DNA of 53,586 nt, the filler included, from Sphacelaria rigidula (taxonomy: Eukaryota), in NCBI GenBank assembly GCA_964200075.2. It is 3 parts of 3 records of this genome, joined end to end, with 100 filler letters (N's around TTAATTAATTAA, not from the genome) between each part and the next. Parts side by side here need not be neighbours in the genome. Positions count along the whole stretch, not along the records: positions 35,796 to 53,586 come from CAXNAA020000993.1; 2 more parts are not named here. One strand, given 5' to 3'. Numbering within the stretch: the first letter of the stretch is position 1; the number at the start of each line of letters is the position of its first letter. The notes beneath the pieces were generated by a model. The model had not been told where the DNA came from and did no database searches. It worked only from the letters and a program-made list of their open reading frames with translations. This document shows positions 46,401 to 53,586 of the stretch, in pieces. Position numbers and translations under genes: made by a program.

Positions 46401-49400
46401 CGAGCGGGCCGCGCTCGAGTGCATGAAGGACCTCAAAGCAGCGGCTGCCGTGACCAGTGAGTGGGTCGTGCGATCAATCGAGGAAGACCAAGCGTTAGAC
46501 TTTGACCAGTACAGCGTGCAAACCCGTGACGGCCGGAGCCCGTGCAAACCGCCCGCTGCACGAAGCACGTCATTATTTGACGTCCTCCACACCAGCCTCG
46601 CACCAGACTTGACTGCCGCAGGAGACTGTCATTCAACTGACGTGACTTCTGGCTCGGAAAAACCAACCGGGGAGCAAGGGCCGCAGCGTAGCGGTGCCCA
46701 GCGCATTGCGCGACGCGCAAGCTCAACAAAGCTGCGGCTTCGTCGAAACAGGAATAGCGGAAGCGGGGGCTCGCGACAGGTGGTGATAAACTTGGACAAT
46801 ACAGCGGGACATGGGAGTCGTACATCTCGGCGGGAAATGCCTCCCCCGTCGTCCCCACCGCCGCTGCAAACTGTGGAGACTTCTACCAGAGATTTGAGCG
46901 AAGACGAGAAGAGGCTACTGTCGGAGGTGATGAACAGCGGTGACGCCGAGGATGAAGATCGCAGGCGGATGGAACGCGAGCAACAGCGGAAGGCGGAAGC
47001 GTCTTCAGAGTTGAAACTGACTCGAGTCGGGGGCGCGATGAAGGTGATTTGCAGTGGGAAGTGAAATGCATTGATTGCAAGAATTTCTGTTCGTCTTGGG
47101 GAGCGTGAAGCTGCATTTTCGTACATGCATGAATCGTACAAATGGCCACTTGACCATCTCTTGCGGATTTTTTCCGTTTTGTGTCTTGCGCGATTTTGAT
47201 CAATCAGAATACCGCCAAACCTCGTCGCAGAACAGTCATACGGTTGTCTAACTCCACCCGCAATAGACGACTGCTTTGATGGCTTTTGATGATGTCTACG
47301 CGTTCAGAAAACAAGCCTCGTCTTCAGTTTGCGTTGGTCCTTATGAATCGCCACCTTTCATGAGCAAGAGCAACGAACACCAAGGTATGTTTCTGGTCCG
47401 AAGTTGAATGTTCACGCCTCCCTACCACTGTACTATTGTCGTGTTCGTGTTTTTTTCTCCCCTTTTTTGCGCCTAAAATGTGTCCAGGTTGTGAGCGAAG
47501 ATGTTCAGATTGGTGGTGCTGACTTCTGGAACAGGGACTATAAGCAGGAGTTTTGTGAGGCTGGGATCGACATGAACGAACCCAAACCGAACTACAGCGA
47601 ACTGAACAAGGTAGGTCTCCCCTGTCCAGTTGCGAGGTCTATGGTCTAATGATTATGGCATGCATGATCATGAATACACCCCCTCGGCCCTACCGTCATC
47701 TTGCACCGTATGCCCGTGGCGTCATATCTCAGGGTGCTACACCCGTGGGCACGTACACGTTGCAAGAACCGTCTGGCACTCGAACACGTCGAGAGCCGTG
47801 CGTCTTGTCGTGCGACTTGGCGAGTTGTCCACCCCTGTGGAGAGAAATGAACACAGCAAAGGGTTGCAGGCAGCGTTGGGATCAGGGAGGAGCGTCGCCA
47901 ACAGCCTTATATCCTACTATTTTCGGGTCAAGCTGGGTAGCGCTGCATGTTTCGTGGCAAATCTTGTTGTTCCAGTAGTTTGGTTACCGCAATACTGCCA
48001 GGTTCCGGCCATCGCCTGTTCTCCCACCGGTACCACGCAACTCCGATCGCTGTCACTCTGGGATCATTGACGCTCGTACGATTGTCCGCTTTCTGTTGTG
48101 ATTTATTTTTGTGCCCAGTCGGAAAAGAGTCTGTGGGAAGCCTTGGAAAAGGTCGGCTATTTGGAGCTCCCGGGGGAGCAGACTCTGGGAGAGTTTTGGT
48201 ACGACCACGTACATGATGGCGGGACCGGATCGCGAGGAGAGAAGTGGGAGAAAGCTGCGAAAGAGCGGTACGGAAAGGCCCCTTGAGCATGTTAGCTGAC
48301 CACCGTTATGCCCGTAAATGGAGGCCTTGCCGACCAAAAAAAAAAATGAAATGAATGCGGAGGGATATTGAAGACATATTGAAGACGCCATAGACTGGTC
48401 GGGCCTATGCCGAACCTCTGCCGAACATAACACACGCTCCATCCCAAGTAACCTAGGTTTAGTATGCGACAGCTGTAAATTTTTCATCGCTACCATCTCC
48501 AGACAGGAAACAAACCGGCCTCTGGAACTTCACAGCCCCCCGCACACACACTAGACGTAGTGAGCTTGACAAGCAGAGTTACTAAATCGCCACAGCGGAT
48601 CCGAAAAGCCCCCAGAACGTTACAGGAAACCCGTTTTTGTAGTACATTCTGTGTTTGGTGCAGCGGTTTGCAAAGTGCTGCGTCCTCCGCGGCACGCGTA
48701 TAGAATCCTCTAGTCAAATTCACTAGTTCTGGTGTGTGGGAAGCGCACGCATCAAACCGCAGTCCAATCCTCTGCGTCGTTTCCGAGAAGTCGCGTTGGA
48801 AGATAAGCACAACAACATACTGCAACAACGAGGGCACAACAAATCGAGCAGCAGCTTCTATCCTCCTGTTGTTGTAACCCTGTGTGCAGGTGTACGGCAA
48901 CGTCAGTCACAGGTGTGTTGTAAAATGTACTACAGCAATAGTACATTTTGTATGAGCGCCGTCGTCATCTCGTGTGACGCGTGTACTTGTGATTGATACT
49001 GAATGGCTCATTTAGGTTTAATATCTTCTTCTGCATTCAACTGACTGTGGAGTTGGTTGGTCCATTTTCCCGGTATAACTACTGCACTGCTTTGCGATTG
49101 GCCTCAACACGTACAGGACACTCGGCAGGTGGTGGTAGGTGGTGGTATCACGAATATGGATTAGTTGCTTGTTTCCAAACGCCAACAGCTGTCGTGTATA
49201 TATTTTGTCTTCCCGTGTTCAAAAATTAAAAATCACTTCCCAACCCAACATTCCCATCCCATCCTCAAACATCATTTTTACATCCGTAATTGATCCCCTT
49301 GCCCAAAAAATAAACATCACTTCCCAACCTAACATTCCCATCCTATCCTCAAACATCATTTTTATATCCACAATTAATTATATTTTTACACCGTCGGAAA

Positions 49401-50934
49401 GCAGTCGGAGATTTGTCGCAAGCAGTAGCATCATCTCCCGATTGCTGCTTGGAGATCGAAGGGTGGCCGGGGCTGGCCGCATACAGATCCCCCCCCTTCC
49501 CCGCCCGTAAAGCCTGGTCCGGCAAAATCCCGGCGTGCTCTGTCCCGGCTTTGTAGTTATGCGAAGTCAATGATCTCATGACTATTCCGTGCAAGACCAT
49601 GACTCCCCCCCCCCCCCCCCCGCCAGCCTGATTCGGCGAAAACCCGGCGTACTCCGTCTCGGCTTCGTAGGGACGGACCCCCTATGGGGTTGGTGTCGTT
49701 TGGCATTGACGCTGTCGAACACGCCACTCACTGCGTGAGATGGGCAACCAGACTGCCCTTTTTTTTTGCGCGCGATTGCGTTTTTCCCCCTGTAACCATC
49801 ATGGTGGTCGAGGTAGATCATTTTGTGCAGGGTGGGAGAGCCTCAATTTCGCGCAAATGCGATGATCATACTACGTAGCGTTTCGATGTTGAGACACCCA
49901 TGAGACAGTGTGGAACCCGTGGCTGTCTCTGGAAGTGGCGATACCAGAAAATAAAGCAGTTCATCGTAGGCTGTCATCCAAATGCAAGATAATCAGTACG
50001 CTTTGGGCAGAACAATCTTAGCAGGATGCGGCTCACCCTTCACGCGACTCGCCGACCACATCACGACGCTTCGCGCTTGGTAATTAATTGCAAGCCTGGT
50101 CCGGCGAAAATCCGGCGTGCTCCGTCTCGGCTTTGTAGGGGTGCGAGGTCATTGGTCATATAAGACGAGTGCGTAGTGTCAAGCGGATCGACCAAAGCCT
50201 CCCTGGGTACCTCCATGGCGTTCTGTTGTCGAAGATTGGATCAACACTCTCGCACCCTGTTGACTGTCGAATTTATTTGCTAGTCGCGTCCTAGTGCTTT
50301 CAGCGACGGAAAGCAGGTCCTGCTCGTCCTGCTCGAAAACACCGTAGAGGTCGGGATTCTAACCCGTAGGCTGGCGCCCCAATTCCACCGGCTATTGCTA
50401 TTGCTGTCTTGGCTTCTGTAAACCACGGCGGGGCGGGCGCCACATTCGGTGTTCAAAATTGTGGCCCACTGTAGGTGCAACCCTGAACAGGTGACATTAA
50501 GGATAACATTCCCGATGGTTCACCACAAATCTCAATGATGTCACAGAGTTTTTTACCCGCGAAAATCCATCCCTTATTGTTTCCCTCTCGCCTGCCCCCC
50601 TTGACTTTGTCATTCCCGTCCCGAATACAAAACACACGATGGCGGACAACAACACGCGCGCGGGCGCGCGCCCACGAAAACAAAAATCTTTTTCAACAGG
50701 GGCTGCCCTCTGAAGGTGATCCGTGACTTCTTCATCGAGAATGGCGACATGTATTCGAACAAGATCCGGCAGAACATAAAGAAAATGGAAAACGAGAAGA
50801 GATTTCATATTTGGGAACCAGAGGAGCGAAAGGAAGAAGGCTGTCCTGCCCCGGACGCGGAGGCGGCGGTGGAAGCGGGAGCAGGGACAGCCACAGGGGG
50901 GGCAAGCGTTGATGACGCCTTGGAAGTGCTGTGA
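37492..50934 (+). CDS. BRCA1: BRCA1-like (BRCA1/BARD1 family) protein: N-terminal C3HC4 RING, long disordered region, tandem BRCT, C-terminal extension (~2417 aa)
   Basis: Exons 37492-37574, 39524-39671, 40101-44864, 45292-47043, 47488-47610, 48119-48267, 50700-50934 (7254 nt, in phase, ending in TGA). N-terminus HLEKLRKGLVCQIC|GNFLRDAYNLPCGHNFCLDCVDEALAERSMCPSCK is a RING preceded by a helix like plant BRCA1 HLE.M..EL.CPIC. BRCT1: VTHVVLG...YLEAVMLGLWVLDFSWVEACL; linker FEI...PRRGR; BRCT2: LFSEHKFCIV...LVRLLKLGDG...VTSEWVVRSI. No ankyrin repeats seen. Orthology to BRCA1 rather than BARD1 is tentative. Confidence 0.8.
38632..39007. mobile_element. 376-bp hAT-like MITE in intron 1 of the BRCA1-like gene
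   Basis: TIRs taggccttaaccgttaaggcacgcc / (reverse complement) taggccctgacctctaaggcatgcc. Degenerate 8-bp TSD ggcgcaac / gacgcagc (6/8). Many internal AGGCA/TGCCT motifs. Confidence 0.75.
40101..44864 (+). CDS. Giant 4764-bp internal exon of the BRCA1-like gene (acidic, Ser/Thr/Pro-rich, probably disordered)
   Basis: ORF 40089-44885. Acceptor tctcgcag| at 40100, donor cag|gtgagt at 44865. Confidence 0.9.
40359..40472 (+). repeat. 57-bp in-frame tandem duplication in the BRCA1-like giant exon
   Basis: EASRSQIMREDGVTCTSNL / EASRSQITREDGVTCTSNL; the copies differ by one nucleotide. Confidence 0.95.
43215..43682 (+). repeat. 219-bp (73-aa) in-frame tandem duplication with nested 27-bp SQEVPET units
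   Basis: APQVPAVAETTVG... at 43215 and APHVPAVSETTVG... at 43434. SQEVPET, SQDMPDT and EDVPET units recur. Confidence 0.9.
45104..45139. repeat. 12-bp x3 intronic minisatellite
   Basis: tgtgccaaagcc tgtgccaaagcc tgtgccaaagca. Confidence 0.9.
45292..47043 (+). CDS. Tandem-BRCT exon of the BRCA1-like gene
   Basis: Lies within ORF 44965-47064. Acceptor cccacag| at 45291, donor aag|gtgatt at 47044. THVV, W...SW..ACL and EWV..SI BRCT motifs. Confidence 0.88.
47619..47683 (+). repeat. Family B repeat, short 3' fragment
   Basis: tgcgaggtctatggtctaatgattatggcatgcatgatcatgaatacaccccc. Confidence 0.7.
48303..49077 (-). mobile_element. Family A TIR element, copy 3 (inverted, one terminus missing), in the last intron of the BRCA1-like gene
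   Basis: Begins ccgttatgcccgtaaatggaggcc, the reverse complement of the copy-1 right end. Runs inverted and colinear with copy 1 up to ccattttcccggtata. Confidence 0.8.
49232..49375. repeat. 84-bp period intronic tandem duplication
   Basis: atcacttcccaacccaacattcccatcccatcctcaaacatcattttta at 49232 and a near-identical copy at 49316. Confidence 0.85.
49510..49672 (+). repeat. Family B repeat, two tandem fragments separated by a C-run
   Basis: agcctggtccggcaaaatcccggcgtgc...caagaccatgact(C)n, then gcctgattcggcgaaaacccggcgtactccgtctcggcttcgtaggga. Confidence 0.7.
49892..50158 (+). repeat. Family B repeat, near full-length (3' end missing)
   Basis: gacacccatgagacagtgtggaacccgtggctgtctctggaagtg...ggtgcgaggtcattggtc. 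Confidence 0.8.
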
Positions 50935-53586
50935 TTTTTGGTGTGTCAATAGTACCTCCCGCCACTGTCGCAGAAATAATTTCATCTCCTCGTGCGTGTA
51001 CAGTATCATGAAAACAACTTGTGCCCCCCCCCCTGTGTGAGGCTTCTGCCAGTATGTAGGCGGTAACATGTATGACTACACCGTAGCGGCTATCGGACTC
51101 GACTGACAAAGAGCTTAGCCTCGACGTTTCACAGCTGCATGGTTGTATCGTCGCTCACGATATGCAGGTTTTATCTGCCAGCGGGTTGGCTCCGTCTGAT
51201 CAGTTCATAATGGCGATCGCTCGTGTTTCTTTTGTTGGTCATGGAGGCGATCTATGTTGTGCTAGATTTTCCTTATTGATGGTGGTGCCCTTTTTTTTGC
51301 ACAGACATTGCGGTGGGATGCGGGTGTGATATGATGCGCATTCCTTCGCAGCAACGCATATTCGGTCGCAGCGGTCTCGAACCTGAGGAGACAGACAGTA
51401 GTCAAAGCTCTGCATTTCAGTATGGTGGTATTTGCGAATGTTTCATGAAAGCAGCGCTTTCATGCCTGTGCCTGTTTTCTGCCTAAAAGCCTCAACGTCG
51501 TGGAAGATACTGAGTGGCCACGGGCCTAAGGATGTCCTGTTTTTTGGTCATGAGCTTGATATTTGCCCTGCGCAGAGTGACAGGCGAGGTCTGCTTACAG
51601 ATGTAGGACCGTAATATTGCTGCTGCATGTTTTCCGCTGCAGCGATAGCACGAGAAAATATTCGTCGCGAGCATTAGGGTGTTAGGCCTTGCTGTGTTTT
51701 GACTCTGACCGTGCTTCACTTGGAAACATGGCCATAGTGCTCTGCCGGAGCTGGGTGGATGATAGGCAAGCACCATGGCACCTGTTATGATATGGTGGAC
51801 TGGTTCTGCAGTATTCCCCATATAATGTTTACACTGGAGTAGCTGTATAGTAGTGTTTGAGCATGCTTTGCTGACATTTTTCGTTTTGGGTCAAGTGTAT
51901 AGAGTAACTTGTTCAGAGGGGGGAAGGGGGGGGGGGGGGGGGGGTCGTGACGCGTGCAAACTTGGAGTTTGGGTGTGTCACAGCAAATGGAGCATCGCAA
52001 TCTGTAGGATATCGCGTTTGTACTCATGAAGCTTGCTTTGCAGTGTCGTGGCTTTTTGGGGAGGACTCAACTGTGGGAATAGTACTGGGTTTATGCAAGG
52101 GGCCCTATATAAAACACGCCAGGCGTCCCCTTTTCAAGTGAGGTCAGGCAAGAACAACTTCTTTGTAGTAGCATGTCGATTGGCCGCTTGATTTAAACAT
52201 GCGTCTTTGCTCCCTTTGGTCGCTCCCGTGGTGGACTTTTGGCCCCTTGGGATATATGATCCTGTAGATACTGAACAGTGAGGTTAGTTGAACGATGCGC
52301 GCCAGCAAACGTCAACGCGTCGCTTGTTTATTGCGTTTGCTACCAATCTCCCCTTGAAATCATGTCGTCACATATCATGACATACATGCCGCGTAGTGGC
52401 ACAAAATGCTCCTTTTTCATCAAGAGACGCTGTGAGTCTGAAAACCTTGAAGCAAAAACTGCAATATACTGCAGTATACGTGTATCCGTGCATCATTATC
52501 CCTGATTCGTGGGCCCAATACTGTATCCCGTTTTATTTTGTGCTGCTGCCGTGGGTAAGGAGTGTACTGTAGTCCTCACCCCATCCGCAGTCAAAGTGGA
52601 GCACGACTGAGCAAAATCATTGCCACCACACACGAACGATACCGATGACGGTGTCACCACAATGCACTCTTCTTGTCTGATTGTTACTTTACTTCATCTA
52701 CTTCACTTCATCTGCACATTTCCAGTACTCGAGGGCGGAACCGCAGACCTTGGCAACAAGTGCCAAGCCAGTGTTGTGTCGATACCAAACGTGAGTAAAC
52801 GGCCGGCGGGATGATACTCGGAAGTTGCCTTGCAAGTTGACTTGCAACAGTTCACGAGGCAGGCGTCACCTCTTCACGGCCGTCCTTACATTCCAATTTT
52901 CAAATTGTTTGTTGTCTCGGGCACTTTCAAATTCGCCATTGAATTTCTGTGGCAGAAATGTGTTTCGTTTTTTCAACATATTTTTAGGATCAATCAAAAC
53001 CTTTCAATTCAAGAACCTTGCCCAAAAGTTGCCCAAAACGTGACCCCCCTCCCACAAACTTTACGTGCAAATTTCGCTCGTCATCCGGCCCGATAAATTC
53101 CCAAAATCGTCAAACGCATCGTCCCACGCTTGGAATATTTTCTCTTTAACAAAACAATCAATCCCTGTACACCAAAGTCCAAGTGCATGCAAAAACATCA
53201 AACTAAGAGTTACTCTGCATAAACAAGACTTATCACCCTAAATGAATCAGGACGGGTATTACTCCTTGAATAAACGCCACACGCTAGAGAGAGTATGACA
53301 CAATAAATTGCTCCGTATTAAAACGCCCCCCCCGATTCAATATTACATATTGATTTGCAGGGAGTATTGCTTCCAGGTAGTACATGAAGACATAACATCG
53401 ATGACCCCAGAGTCAAATATTAAAAAAAAATAAAAAATCGATCCCGTCAGCAAAAAACCTTTTCAGCCATGCACAGACGTCGCAAAGTCGTCTACAGTAG
53501 TCAGCGTCAGAAGTATAACAGGGTTGCTAGAAAAATGAGAAGGTATTTTGAAATGAGAATCAACCGCTCCCCGGGATTGTGTCCAT

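Noticed and set aside
49232-49375. Spaced direct repeats considered as CRISPR-like
   Set aside because: Only two units, no unique spacers, eukaryotic intron context: a simple tandem duplication.
50935-53586. Short ORFs downstream of the BRCA1-like stop
   Set aside because: No coding signature; consistent with 3'UTR or intergenic sequence.

Overview
Eukaryotic, intron-rich genomic DNA of about 50% GC. The gene style, WSC-domain content and repeat landscape suggest a brown alga or related stramenopile; this is an inference, not proven. I reconstructed four multi-exon genes by hand from phase-compatible GT-AG exons. (1) + strand 6802-15575: an IQ-repeat/WW/B-box protein with both ends unresolved. 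(2) + strand 19766-34985: a secreted HHIP-like protein (Cys-rich N-domain, glucose/sorbosone-dehydrogenase-type beta-propeller, at least 2 WSC domains), with its 3' end lost in an assembly gap. (3) - strand 36101-36436: exon 1 of a TVP23/FAM18/ECHIDNA homologue, the rest lost in the same gap. (4) + strand 37492-50934: a complete ~2417-aa BRCA1-like RING/tandem-BRCT protein with a 4.76-kb exon and an unusual C-terminal extension. A weak minus-strand spliced orphan gene or lncRNA may lie at about 3.6-4.9 kb. Introns carry several non-autonomous repeats: a ~810-bp TIR element (3 copies), a ~300-bp C-tract-associated repeat (8 copies or fragments), hAT-like and Mutator-like MITEs with target-site duplications (TSDs), and retroposon tails. 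Two 100-bp artificial linker gaps and one 10-N gap affect interpretation. I found no rRNA, tRNA, CRISPR array or autonomous transposon.
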